DNA of 64,000 nucleotides from Escherichia coli (GTDB lineage Bacteria; Pseudomonadota; Gammaproteobacteria; Enterobacterales; Enterobacteriaceae): NCBI RefSeq assembly GCF_024223415.1, contig NZ_CP100500.1; one strand, 5' to 3'. Shown piece by piece: positions 27,550 to 39,224 of this stretch (position 1 is its first letter; each line of letters starts with the position of its first letter). The notes under the pieces were generated by a model. It saw only the letters and a program-made list of their open reading frames with translations, ran no database searches and was not told where the DNA came from. The position numbers and the translations under genes were made by a program.

Positions 27550-29979
27550 TTACGAATACTTTTTCGTCCGTCGCGTCGGTGCCGTGTTTGCCGGGTCGTC
27601 CGGCCAGACGTGTTTGGGATAACGCCCTTTCATCTCTTTTTGCACCTCACGATACGCCCCTTTCCAGAAGGCCCCCAAATCACGCGTGATTTGCAGCGGC
27701 CTTTGGGCAGGTGAAAGCAATTCCAGCACCAGCGGCACGCGCCCCTGGGCGATCGTCGGATTAGTGGCCTCACCAAACATCTCCTGCATTCTCACCGCCA
27801 GCGCGGGCGGGTTATCTTCATGATAACGAATGGCGATCCGGCTTCCCGTCGGCACAGTGTAATGCGCAGGCAATTCACTATCCAGACGTTGCTGCATTCC
27901 CCAATCAAGTAATCCGCGTAGTGCCTGATAAATGTCGAGTGATTTCAGGCCGCGTAGTGAATGTACACCGGCCATATGTGGCAGCAGCCACGTTTCCAGC
28001 GTCGCCAACAAACTTTCATCATCAACCGCTGGCCAGTCATATTCTGGCAACCACTTTCCGGCGCATAACAAACGCAAGCGTAGCTGTTCCGCTTCCGCCG
28101 TCCAGTTGAGCACGCTTAAACCTTTATCACGGATGCCGTTAAGCATCGCCTGATGCAACTCGTCTTCTGACGGTTTCGCCAACGGCTGCACTTTCACCGT
28201 CAACTGACCGATTTGCAGCCGACGCCAGGCTTTCAGCGTACCTTGCGCGTCATCCCATTCCACGGTGTCAGATTGCTGCACCAGCTGCGGACAGCGTTGT
28301 ACTAATTCATCAATATCGACCGGTAACGCCAGTAAAATCCGCGCATCCGGCGAGGCGCTGCCCTGCAATAATAACGGCGCGATCAACCATTCGTGGCGAC
28401 TTAGCGCGTCGTCGGCATCAAGCATCGCCCCCATGCCGTTTGCCAGTTGATAGCGTCCATCTTGCCCACGGCGGCGAGCAATGCGATCGGCAAACGCCCC
28501 GGCAAGTAGCGGCGCGATAAGCGAACTGTCTGCCTCCCCGCCGCGTACGTTTAAGCGTTTTAACAGTTGCTGACTACGTTGCTGCCAGGCTGGTTGATTG
28601 CGCGAAAACGCCACGCCCAGGTCACTATTGCCCATCCGTGGCGGCTCTTCGAGAATGGCGGCAATTTTTGCCGCGGTAGCAGCTTCGTCGTCGCTCTTTG
28701 CGCTAACCAGCATTGCCGCTAAGCGCGGATCGTTACCCAGCGCTGCCATTTTTTGCCCTTGCGCACTAAGCCGTTCACCGTCCAGCGCCCCCAGCATCCG
28801 TAACAGGCGTTTCGCGGCCAGTAGATTCACCGTTGGCGGTTGATCCAGCCAGCTCATCTGCGCCGGATCGCTGCATCCCCATTGCAGTAATTCCATCAGC
28901 AAACCGGAAAGATCGCTTTGTAATATTTCCGGTTCACTTTGCGCCGCGGCGCGTTCTGCTTGTTCCTTGGCGATTAAATGCAGGCAGATACCCGGCTCCA
29001 GACGCCCGGCGCGCCCGGCACGCTGCGTCATCGACGCCTGACTGATTCGCTGAGTAATCAACCGCGTAAGCCCTGTTCGCGGATCAAAACGCGCCACCCT
29101 TTCCTGGGCACAATCCACCACCAGACGAATACCTTCGATGGTTAAACTGGTTTCAGCAATATTGGTCGCCAGCACCACTTTGCGCATCCCTTGCGGTGCC
29201 GGAAGGATCGCTTTTCGCTGATCGTTCAGCGACAACGCGCCATACAGCGGGCAGAGCAACACATCACTGCCGATACGCGAAGCCAGTTGTTCCTGCACAC
29301 GCTGAATTTCTCCGACGCCTGGTAAAAATAACAGTAATGATCCACTTTCCTGACGCAGCATTTCAGCGGTGGCTACCGCAACGGCTTCGTCAAAACGCTG
29401 ATGCGCGGGCAGCGGTAAATAACGGCGTTCAACCGGAAACGAGCGCCCTTCTGAGATGACGACGGGCGCTTCTGGTAGCATTTGTTGCAAGCGGTCGTTG
29501 TCCAGCGTAGCCGACATAATCAGCAGTTTAAGGTCATCACGCAGACCTTGTTGCACATCGAGTAACAGCGCCAACGCCAAATCCGCCTGCAAGCTACGCT
29601 CATGAAATTCATCAAGGATCACCAATCCAACACCGCTCAACTCCGGGTCACGCTGGATCATCCGCGTCAGCACGCCTTCGGTAACTACTTCCAGGCGGGT
29701 ATTCGGCCCGACGCAGTTTTGCGCACGCATCCGGTAGCCAACGGTATCGCCTGGCTTTTCGTTAAGCAGCTCCGCCAGCCGTTGCGCGACGTTACGCGCC
29801 GCCAGACGACGCGGCTCCAGCAGGATAATTTTCCCGTTAATGCCGGGATGCGCCAGCAGTTGCAGCGGCAGCCAGGTTGATTTCCCGGCCCCGGTCGGCG
29901 CACTTAATAATACCTGCGGCGCACAATCGAGAGCGGTAAGTAATTCAGGTAAGACGGCAGCAACGGGCAACGACGACAC
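27550..29979 (-). CDS. hrpB: ATP-dependent RNA helicase HrpB (DEAH-box)
   Basis: Track ORF 27550..30024; start placed at GTG giving (M)SSLPVAAVLPELLTALDCAPQVLLSAPTGAGKST (809 aa); Walker A, DEFH box. Confidence 0.95.
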   Translation of the reverse strand: MSSLPVAAVLPELLTALDCAPQVLLSAPTGAGKSTWLPLQLLAHPGINGKIILLEPRRLAARNVAQRLAELLNEKPGDTVGYRMRAQNCVGPNTRLEVVTEGVLTRMIQRDPELSGVGLVILDEFHERSLQADLALALLLDVQQGLRDDLKLLIMSATLDNDRLQQMLPEAPVVISEGRSFPVERRYLPLPAHQRFDEAVAVATAEMLRQESGSLLLFLPGVGEIQRVQEQLASRIGSDVLLCPLYGALSLNDQRKAILPAPQGMRKVVLATNIAETSLTIEGIRLVVDCAQERVARFDPRTGLTRLITQRISQASMTQRAGRAGRLEPGICLHLIAKEQAERAAAQSEPEILQSDLSGLLMELLQWGCSDPAQMSWLDQPPTVNLLAAKRLLRMLGALDGERLSAQGQKMAALGNDPRLAAMLVSAKSDDEAATAAKIAAILEEPPRMGNSDLGVAFSRNQPAWQQRSQQLLKRLNVRGGEADSSLIAPLLAGAFADRIARRRGQDGRYQLANGMGAMLDADDALSRHEWLIAPLLLQGSASPDARILLALPVDIDELVQRCPQLVQQSDTVEWDDAQGTLKAWRRLQIGQLTVKVQPLAKPSEDELHQAMLNGIRDKGLSVLNWTAEAEQLRLRLLCAGKWLPEYDWPAVDDESLLATLETWLLPHMAGVHSLRGLKSLDIYQALRGLLDWGMQQRLDSELPAHYTVPTGSRIAIRYHEDNPPALAVRMQEMFGEATNPTIAQGRVPLVLELLSPAQRPLQITRDLGAFWKGAYREVQKEMKGRYPKHVWPDDPANTAPTRRTKKYS

Positions 29980-30052
29980 AAAACGCTCCAGAGGGTTAAC
30001 ATTCTTCGCGCCACATTGTAGCATCGCGGTAATTCATAACCGAGTGCCTCAC

Positions 30053-31302
<1,250 letters not shown>

Positions 31303-31479
31303 TAAAGTAAGTAACTGGTTAATTTACATTCTGGTCGCGTGCGCAAATACGCTTTTCCTCACACAGTTGTCAAGTGTTACGTTTAGATAATTGCTATCCG
31401 GAAAAGCATCTGCTATTTATAGCGGCCTCATTTTTCCCCCGAACATGGGGATCGATAGTGCGTGTTAAGGAGAAGCAAC

Positions 31480-31935
31480 ATGCAAGAAGGGCAAAACCGT
31501 AAAACATCGTCCCTGAGTATTCTCGCCATCGCTGGGGTGGAACCATATCAGGAGAAGCCGGGCGAAGAGTATATGAATGAAGCCCAGCTGGCGCACTTCC
31601 GTCGTATTCTGGAAGCATGGCGTAATCAACTCAGGGATGAAGTCGATCGCACCGTTACACATATGCAGGATGAAGCAGCCAACTTCCCGGACCCGGTAGA
31701 CCGTGCAGCCCAGGAAGAAGAGTTCAGCCTCGAACTGCGTAACCGCGATCGCGAGCGTAAGCTGATCAAAAAGATCGAGAAGACGCTGAAAAAAGTGGAA
31801 GACGAAGATTTCGGCTACTGCGAATCCTGCGGTGTTGAAATTGGTATTCGCCGTCTGGAAGCGCGCCCGACAGCCGATCTGTGCATCGACTGCAAAACGC
31901 TGGCTGAAATTCGCGAAAAACAGATGGCTGGCTAA
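31480..31935 (+). CDS. dksA: RNA polymerase-binding transcription factor DksA
   Basis: Track ORF 31462..31935; start placed at [32 protein letters not shown]... (151 aa); C4 zinc finger CESCGVEI...CIDC. Confidence 0.96.
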   Translation: MQEGQNRKTSSLSILAIAGVEPYQEKPGEEYMNEAQLAHFRRILEAWRNQLRDEVDRTVTHMQDEAANFPDPVDRAAQEEEFSLELRNRDRERKLIKKIEKTLKKVEDEDFGYCESCGVEIGIRRLEARPTADLCIDCKTLAEIREKQMAG

Positions 31936-31963
31936 TTACAGCCGTTCCATCACGTTTACCACA

Positions 31964-31991
31964 GGCGGGAAATGCTCCCGCCTTATTTTTT
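31964..31991 (+). terminator. rho-independent terminator after dksA, overlapping the first ATG of the gluQ ORF
   Basis: ggcggga-aatgc-tcccgcc hairpin followed by TTATTTTTT; the loop contains the ATG at 31972. Confidence 0.7.
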
Positions 31992-32898
31992 GTTCAAAGA
32001 GATGACAGACACACAGTATATTGGCCGCTTCGCCCCCTCTCCTTCCGGCGAGCTTCATTTTGGTTCTCTGATTGCTGCGCTTGGCAGCTATTTGCAGGCT
32101 CGCGCCCGACAAGGTCGCTGGCTGGTACGCATAGAAGATATCGACCCGCCTCGTGAAGTTCCCGGTGCCGCAGAAACTATCCTGCGCCAGCTGGAACATT
32201 ACGGCCTGCACTGGGACGGCGATGTTCTCTGGCAATCGCAGCGTCACCACGCCTATCGTGAAGCACTCGCCTGGTTACATGAACAAGGACTAAGTTATTA
32301 CTGCACCTGCACGCGTGCGCGTATTCAAAGCATTGGCGGTATTTACGACGGTCATTGCCGGGAATTGCATCATGGACCAGACAACGCCGCAGTGCGTATC
32401 CGCCAGCAGCATCCGGTCACCCAGTTTACTGACCTGCTGCGAGGCATTATTCACGCCGACGAAAAACTGGCACGGGAAGATTTTATTATTCATCGCCGTG
32501 ATGGTTTGTTTGCCTATAACCTGGCGGTGGTGGTGGATGATCACTTCCAGGGCGTGAGCGAAATTGTCCGCGGGGCAGATTTGATCGAACCGACAGTGCG
32601 GCAAATCTCGCTGTACCAGCTTTTTGGCTGGAAAGTGCCAGATTACATTCATCTGCCGCTGGCGCTTAATCCACAAGGCGCTAAACTTTCCAAGCAGAAT
32701 CATGCGCCTGCGTTGCCGAAAGGCGATCCACGCCCGGTACTAATCGCGGCACTTCAATTTCTGGGGCAGCAGGCAGAAGCACACTGGCAGGATTTCAGCG
32801 TCAAACAAATCCTTCAGTCAGCCGTCAAAAACTGGACGCTGACCGTCGTGCCTGAGTCGGCAATTGTAAATTCAACATTCTCAAATGCGTCATGCTGA
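31972..32898 (+). CDS. gluQ: glutamyl-Q tRNA(Asp) synthetase
   Basis: [36 protein letters not shown]...; class I aaRS HIGH-like motif; alternative start at ATG 32002 (MTDTQ..., 298 aa) lies just 3' of the dksA terminator hairpin and may be the real one. Confidence 0.9.
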   Translation: MLPPYFLFKEMTDTQYIGRFAPSPSGELHFGSLIAALGSYLQARARQGRWLVRIEDIDPPREVPGAAETILRQLEHYGLHWDGDVLWQSQRHHAYREALAWLHEQGLSYYCTCTRARIQSIGGIYDGHCRELHHGPDNAAVRIRQQHPVTQFTDLLRGIIHADEKLAREDFIIHRRDGLFAYNLAVVVDDHFQGVSEIVRGADLIEPTVRQISLYQLFGWKVPDYIHLPLALNPQGAKLSKQNHAPALPKGDPRPVLIAALQFLGQQAEAHWQDFSVKQILQSAVKNWTLTVVPESAIVNSTFSNASC

Positions 32899-32957
32899 GC
32901 TATGATTAGCCGCTATTTTTTTGTCCTGAATGATGTTTGACACTACCGAGGTGTACT

Positions 32958-34355
32958 ATTTTTACCCGAGTCGCTAATTTTTGCCGCAAGGTGCTAAGCC
33001 GCGAGGAAAGCGAGGCTGAACAGGCAGTCGCCCGTCCACAGGTGACGGTGATCCCGCGTGAGCAGCATGCTATTTCCCGCAAAGATATCAGTGAAAATGC
33101 CCTGAAGGTAATGTACAGGCTCAATAAAGCGGGATACGAAGCCTGGCTGGTTGGCGGCGGCGTGCGCGACCTGTTACTTGGCAAAAAGCCGAAAGACTTT
33201 GACGTAACCACTAACGCCACGCCTGAGCAGGTGCGCAAACTGTTCCGTAACTGCCGCCTGGTGGGTCGCCGTTTCCGTCTGGCTCATGTGATGTTTGGCC
33301 CGGAGATTATCGAAGTTGCGACCTTCCGTGGACACCACGAAGGTAACGTCAGCGACCGCACGACCTCCCAACGCGGGCAAAACGGCATGTTGCTGCGCGA
33401 CAACATTTTCGGCTCCATCGAAGAAGACGCTCAGCGCCGCGATTTCACTATCAACAGCCTGTATTACAGCGTAGCGGATTTTACCGTCCGTGATTACGTT
33501 GGCGGTATGAAGGATCTGAAGGACGGCGTTATCCGTCTGATTGGTAACCCGGAAACGCGCTACCGTGAAGATCCGGTACGTATGCTGCGCGCGGTACGTT
33601 TTGCCGCCAAATTGGGTATGCGCATCAGCCCGGAAACCGCAGAACCGATCCCTCGCCTCGCTACCCTGCTGAACGATATCCCACCGGCACGCCTGTTTGA
33701 AGAATCGCTTAAACTGCTACAAGCGGGCTACGGTTACGAAACCTATAAGCTGTTGTGTGAATATCATCTGTTCCAGCCGCTGTTCCCGACCATTACCCGC
33801 TACTTCACGGAAAATGGCGACAGCCCGATGGAGCGGATCATTGAACAGGTGCTGAAGAATACCGATACGCGTATCCATAACGATATGCGCGTGAACCCGG
33901 CGTTCCTGTTTGCCGCCATGTTCTGGTACCCACTGCTGGAGACGGCACAGAAGATCGCCCAAGAAAGCGGCCTGACCTATCACGACGCTTTCGCGCTGGC
34001 GATGAACGACGTGCTGGACGAAGCCTGCCGTTCACTGGCAATCCCGAAACGCCTGACGACATTAACCCGCGATATCTGGCAGTTGCAGTTGCGTATGTCC
34101 CGACGTCAGGGTAAACGCGCATGGAAACTGCTGGAGCATCCTAAGTTCCGTGCGGCTTATGACCTGTTGGCCTTGCGAGCTGAAGTTGAGCGTAACGCTG
34201 AACTGCAGCGTCTGGTGAAATGGTGGGGTGAGTTCCAGGTTTCCGCGCCACCAGACCAAAAAGGGATGCTCAACGAGCTGGATGAAGAACCATCACCGCG
34301 TCGTCGTACTCGTCGTCCACGCAAACGCGCACCACGTCGTGAGGGTACCGCATGA
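32958..34355 (+). CDS. pcnB: poly(A) polymerase I
   Basis: Track ORF begins at TTG 32937; no in-frame ATG until codon 59. Known pcnB initiates at a non-canonical AUU, which here is codon 8 (ATT at 32958, giving 465 aa); GTG at 32991 is another candidate. Confidence 0.92.
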
Positions 34356-34831
34356 CAGTGGCGTATATTGCCATAGGCAGCAATCTGGCCTCTCCGCTGG
34401 AGCAGGTCAATGCTGCCCTGAAAGCATTAGGCGATATCCCTGAAAGCCACATTCTTACCGTTTCTTCGTTTTACCGCACCCCACCGCTGGGGCCGCAAGA
34501 TCAACCCGATTACTTAAACGCAGCCGTGGCGCTGGAAACCTCTCTTGCACCTGAAGAGCTACTCAATCACACACAGCGTATTGAGTTACAACAAGGTCGC
34601 GTCCGCAAAGCGGAACGCTGGGGACCGCGCACGCTGGATCTCGACATCATGCTGTTTGGTAATGAAGTAATAAATACCGAACGCCTGACCGTTCCGCACT
34701 ACGATATGAAGAATCGTGGATTTATGCTGTGGCCGCTGTTTGAAATCGCGCCGGAGTTGGTGTTTCCTGATGGGGAAACATTACGTGAAATACTCACTTC
34801 ACTAGCAGTACCACAACCTGCCATCTGGTAA
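34352..34831 (+). CDS. folK: 2-amino-4-hydroxy-6-hydroxymethyldihydropteridine pyrophosphokinase
   Basis: 159-aa [53 protein letters not shown]...; overlaps pcnB stop by 4 bp. Confidence 0.96.
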
Positions 34832-35172
34832 TAGCTGTATTATTTTATTTTCTTAACGAGAGGAATACAAAATGATACGGCTATTTCATCCACCAAGAAA
34901 AAATTATTTTCTTATCTTACTCCTCACATCCCCCCTTACACATTAAATATACTTAATTTACATTTTAGTTTTTTTAATTCATTCATGAAATAGCACTTCA
35001 TGCAAATAGATTAGGCATTTTTTGTTTAAACGACCTAAAATAACAACAATTCAATACGCCACATAAATATATTCACACCCGTGATAATTCACCCCTATTA
35101 CATCCTCCAAAAACTTTGAGTAATATCCGCTCGCAATATTAATTTCATATAATTTTTGTAAGGATGCATGTA
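34832..35172 (+). promoter_or_regulatory. very AT-rich upstream region of the fimbrial operon (putative promoter / nucleoid-protein silencing region)
   Basis: About 340 bp of markedly low GC with A/T tracts immediately upstream of the major fimbrial subunit gene; typical of chaperone-usher operon control regions. Confidence 0.5.
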
Positions 35173-35769
35173 ATGAAAAAAGCACTTCTCGCAGCCGCTC
35201 TGGTTATGGCTTCTGGTTCCGCCCTGGCTGTAGATGGTGGTCATATCGACTTTAACGGTATGGTACAGTCCGGTACCTGTAAAGTGGGTGTGGTAGATAC
35301 TGGTATGCACAGCGTTACCACTGATGGCGTGGTTACCCTGGATACTGCGAATGTTACTGATACTTTTGCTGAAGTTAGCGCAACTGCTGTCGGTTTACTG
35401 CCGAAAGAGTTCATGATTTCTGTTGAGTGTGATCCAGGTGCTCCGAAGAATGCTGAGTTAACTATGGGTTCTGCAAGTTACGCGAACACCAGCGGTACCC
35501 TGAATAACAATATGAACATCACTGTTAACGGTATTGCACCGGCTCAGAACGTAAACATTGCAGTTCATAACATGAAAAACAAAGCTGGCGCTGCTGAAAT
35601 TAAGCAGGTCCATATGAACAACTCTTCTGAAGTTCAGGAACTGACATTAGACGCAGAAGGTAAAGGCCAGTACGTATTTAACGCATCTTACGTTAAAGCA
35701 CCGAACAGCCCGGCTGTAACTGCTGGTCATGTAACCACTAACGCGCTGTACACCGTTGCTTATAAGTAA
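35173..35769 (+). CDS. yadN: fimbrial major subunit (yad-type chaperone-usher operon, divergent allele)
   Basis: Track ORF 35164..35769; start placed at ATG 35173 (MKKALLAAALVMASGSALA signal peptide) preceded by AAGGA; C-terminal pilin beta-strand motif ...ALYTVAYK. Confidence 0.8.
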   Translation: MKKALLAAALVMASGSALAVDGGHIDFNGMVQSGTCKVGVVDTGMHSVTTDGVVTLDTANVTDTFAEVSATAVGLLPKEFMISVECDPGAPKNAELTMGSASYANTSGTLNNNMNITVNGIAPAQNVNIAVHNMKNKAGAAEIKQVHMNNSSEVQELTLDAEGKGQYVFNASYVKAPNSPAVTAGHVTTNALYTVAYK

Positions 35770-35788
35770 TTGATGGTGTGTTGAGCAT

Positions 35789-35818
35789 AAGGTTTGCCAG
35801 CAGGCAAACCTTATTTTC
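35789..35818 (+). terminator. intra-operon hairpin / attenuator after the major subunit gene
   Basis: aaggtttgcc-agca-ggcaaacctt followed by ATTTTCG. Confidence 0.6.
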
Positions 35819-35855
35819 GCGAATTTAATCTTTCTACAGACAGCAAGGAGTGCTT

Positions 35856-36581
35856 ATGTTTCCCTTGGTTAAAAAAACGGTTAGTGCATTATTTGTGAGT
35901 ACTCTGTTAGCCAGTGCACCAGCATTCGCTGACATTATTATTTCCGGAACACGTATCATTTATAACGCTGATAAAAAAGATGTTAACGTTCGTCTGGAAA
36001 ATAAAGGGAATCGCCCCTTACTGATTCAGAACTGGTTGGATACTGGCGACGACAATGCCGATCCCAGCCAGATCAAAGTGCCGTTTACCGCGACCCCACC
36101 AGTTTCACGCGTGGAGCCAAAACGCGGTCAAACCGTAAAAGTGATGTATACCGGTGCAACAGCCCTGCCGAAAGACCGTGAAAGCGTCTACTGGTTTAAC
36201 GTGCTGGAAGTGCCGCCTAAGCCGAAAGATGCCGAGGCTGACAAAAACTTGTTACAGCTGGCTTTCCGCACACGCATCAAACTCTTTTATCGCCCGAGTG
36301 GGTTACAGGGAGAACCGGCTGAAGCACCGGCGAAAATCACCTGGAAATTAAACAACGCTCAGTTACAGGCAAATAACCCAACGCCATATTACGTGTCCTT
36401 TAATGAGGTCAAGCTGGAAAGCGGCGGCAAAACCTACAACGTCAATTCCAGCATGGTCGCGCCGTTCAGCCAGGCAAGCTTTGGCGTAACCGGTCTGCCA
36501 GGAAGCGTTTCATCCGGAAAAGTGGTCTTTAAAGCGATCAACGACTTTGGCGGCAACATTGATGGTTCCGCAACATTCTAA
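35856..36581 (+). CDS. yadV: periplasmic fimbrial chaperone (PapD-like)
   Basis: Start placed at ATG 35856 after SD AAGGAG; ...ADIIISGTRIIYNADKKDVNVRLENKGNRPLLIQNWLDTGDDN...FWFNVLEVPP...LAFRTRIKLFYRP; clearly related to but distinct from K-12 EcpD/YadV as I recall it. Confidence 0.88.
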   Translation: MFPLVKKTVSALFVSTLLASAPAFADIIISGTRIIYNADKKDVNVRLENKGNRPLLIQNWLDTGDDNADPSQIKVPFTATPPVSRVEPKRGQTVKVMYTGATALPKDRESVYWFNVLEVPPKPKDAEADKNLLQLAFRTRIKLFYRPSGLQGEPAEAPAKITWKLNNAQLQANNPTPYYVSFNEVKLESGGKTYNVNSSMVAPFSQASFGVTGLPGSVSSGKVVFKAINDFGGNIDGSATF

Positions 36582-36622
36582 AAAATAAACGGATTCTTTT
36601 TAACATCGCCAGGAATGCAACC

Positions 36623-39223
36623 TTGTACCAGTTTACTCATCAAAAAAGCCGTATCCCGAAAAAAACGCTACTTGCGGCCTGTTGCGCCCTTTTTTACAGC
36701 GGCAACAGTTCTGCGGCGGACACCGTGGAATATGACAGTTCCTTCTTAATGGGAACTGGCGCATCAACGATTGATGTTAAACGTTATGCTCAAGGCAACC
36801 CGACACCGCCGGGTCTCTATAATGTCCGCGTGTTTGTAAACGGTCTGGCTACGTCCAGCTTAGAAATTCCGTTTGTGGATATTGGCGAAAACAGTGCGGC
36901 GGCCTGTCTTACCCGCAAAAACCTGGCGCAGCTACACATTAAGCAACCCGAACAGCCTGTCACTTTACTCGCCAGGGAAGGTGAAGAAGAGGATTGTCTG
37001 GATCTGGCAAAGTCATACGAAAAGGCGGATGTGCGCTTTGACAGCAGTGACCAGTTTCTCGATCTGACTATCCCTCAAGCTTATGTTCTGAAAAACTACG
37101 GTGGTTATGTCGACCCCTCACTGTGGGAGTCAGGGATTAACGCTGCCACACTGGCATATACCCTGAACGCGTATCACACAAGTTCAGATAACAACAATAG
37201 TGACAGCGTCTATGGCGCGTTTAACTCAGGTATCAACTTAGGTGCCTGGCACTTCCGGGCGCGTGGTAACTATAACTGGACAACAGATAACGGCAGCGAT
37301 TTCGATTTCCAGGATCGTTACTTACAACGTGACATTCCGGCAATCCGGTCACAAATAATCATGGGTGACGCCTACACCACCGGTGAAACGTTTGACTCTG
37401 TCAACGTCCGTGGTGTTCGTCTATACAGCGATAGCCGTATGCTGCCTTCCGCGCTGGCCAGTTACGCTCCGACCATCCGCGGTGTGGCAAACTCCAACGC
37501 CAAAGTCACGGTGACGCAGAACGGTTATAAGATCTATGAAACCACCGTTCCGCCCGGTGAGTTTGTTATAGACGACCTCAGCCCCTCCGGCTTTGGTAGC
37601 GAACTGGTCATTACCATTGAAGAAGCGGATGGTTCCAAACGCACCTTTACGCAGCCCTTCTCCTCCGTTGTGCAAATGCAGCGGCCTGGCGTAGGTCGTT
37701 GGGATTTCAGTGCGGGTAAAGTCATTGATGACAACCTGCGCTCAGAACCGAATATGGGGCAAGCCTCTTATTACTATGGTCTGAATAACCTCTTCACGGG
37801 GTATACCGGCATTCAGTTCACCGATAACAACTATCTTGCCGGACTGTTAGGTGTGGGTATTAACACCAGTATCGGTGCTTTTGCGGTAGACGTTACCCAC
37901 TCCCGTGCTGAGATTCCGGATGATAAAACCTATCAGGGGCAAAGTTATCGCGTGACCTGGAACAAACTTTTCCAGGATACCGGAACATCATTTAACCTCG
38001 CGGCATACCGCTATTCCACCCAGGATTACCTGGGCCTGCATGATGCGTTAGTCCTCATTGACGACGCCAAACATTTGTCTGCCGATGAAGACAAAAACAC
38101 CATGCAGACGTACTCACGTATGAAAAACCAGTTTACCGTGAGTATTAACCAGCCATTGAATATCGCCTATGAAGATTACGGTTCGCTGTTTATTTCCGGT
38201 AGCTGGACAGACTACTGGGCGGCTAACAATAGCCGCACTGAATATAATGTTGGTTACAGTAAGAGCGTTTCCTGGGGCAGCTTCAGCGTCAACCTGCAAC
38301 GTAGCTGGAATGAAGACGGCGAGAAAGATGACGCGATGTACGTCAGTGTTAGCGTACCTATTGAGAATATTTTAGGTGGCAAACGTAAGTCTTCTGGTTT
38401 CCGCAATTTAAATACTCAGCTCAATACCGATTTCGATGGTTCACATCAGTTGAATGTTAACAGTTCCGGTAACACTGAAAACAATCTGGTGAACTACAGT
38501 GTCAACGCAGGTTATAGCCTCGATAAAAACGCCGGCGATTTAGCCTCTGTTGGTGGTTATCTCAACTATGAATCAGGGTTAGGCGGTATTTCCGCTTCGG
38601 CCTCGGCCACTTCGGATAACAGCCAACAGTACTCCATCTCCACCGATGGCGGCTTTGTGTTACACAGTGGTGGTTTGACATTCACTAACAACAGCTTCAG
38701 CAGTAACGATACGCTGGTGTTAATCAACGCCCCAGGTGCTAAAGGCGCACGAATCAATAACAGTAATAACGAAATCGATCGCTGGGGATATGCCGTAACG
38801 TCCTCTGTCAGCCCCTACCGTGAAAACCGGGTAGGTCTGAACATTGAAACGCTGGAAAACGATGTTGAACTGAAAAGTACCAGCGCAATCACCGTACCAC
38901 GTAGTGGCTCCGTTGTTTTGACCCGATTCGAAACTGACGAGGGGCGTTCTGCCGTGCTGAATATTACCGCTGCCAATGGCAAATCCATTCCGTTTGCTGC
39001 GGAGGTTTATCAGGATGAAGTGATGATCGGCAGCATGGGTCAGGGTGGTCAGGCATTTGTGCGCGGTATTAACGATAGCGGGGAATTAATCGTGCGTTGG
39101 TATGAAAACAACCAAACCATTGACTGTAAGTTGCACTACCAGTTCCCGGCCCAACCACAAACTCTGGGAAGCAGCAATACCTTATTACTTAACAATCTTA
39201 CCTGTCAGGTAGCAAATCACTAA
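36623..39223 (+). CDS. htrE: outer membrane fimbrial usher
   Basis: 866-aa ORF with usher hallmarks (RGVRLYSDSRMLP, YKIYETTVPPGEFVIDDLSPSG, C-terminal Cys pair); track start is TTG at 36623 with AGGAA upstream, start codon uncertain. Confidence 0.88.
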   Translation: MYQFTHQKSRIPKKTLLAACCALFYSGNSSAADTVEYDSSFLMGTGASTIDVKRYAQGNPTPPGLYNVRVFVNGLATSSLEIPFVDIGENSAAACLTRKNLAQLHIKQPEQPVTLLAREGEEEDCLDLAKSYEKADVRFDSSDQFLDLTIPQAYVLKNYGGYVDPSLWESGINAATLAYTLNAYHTSSDNNNSDSVYGAFNSGINLGAWHFRARGNYNWTTDNGSDFDFQDRYLQRDIPAIRSQIIMGDAYTTGETFDSVNVRGVRLYSDSRMLPSALASYAPTIRGVANSNAKVTVTQNGYKIYETTVPPGEFVIDDLSPSGFGSELVITIEEADGSKRTFTQPFSSVVQMQRPGVGRWDFSAGKVIDDNLRSEPNMGQASYYYGLNNLFTGYTGIQFTDNNYLAGLLGVGINTSIGAFAVDVTHSRAEIPDDKTYQGQSYRVTWNKLFQDTGTSFNLAAYRYSTQDYLGLHDALVLIDDAKHLSADEDKNTMQTYSRMKNQFTVSINQPLNIAYEDYGSLFISGSWTDYWAANNSRTEYNVGYSKSVSWGSFSVNLQRSWNEDGEKDDAMYVSVSVPIENILGGKRKSSGFRNLNTQLNTDFDGSHQLNVNSSGNTENNLVNYSVNAGYSLDKNAGDLASVGGYLNYESGLGGISASASATSDNSQQYSISTDGGFVLHSGGLTFTNNSFSSNDTLVLINAPGAKGARINNSNNEIDRWGYAVTSSVSPYRENRVGLNIETLENDVELKSTSAITVPRSGSVVLTRFETDEGRSAVLNITAANGKSIPFAAEVYQDEVMIGSMGQGGQAFVRGINDSGELIVRWYENNQTIDCKLHYQFPAQPQTLGSSNTLLLNNLTCQVANH

Positions 39224-39224
39224 T

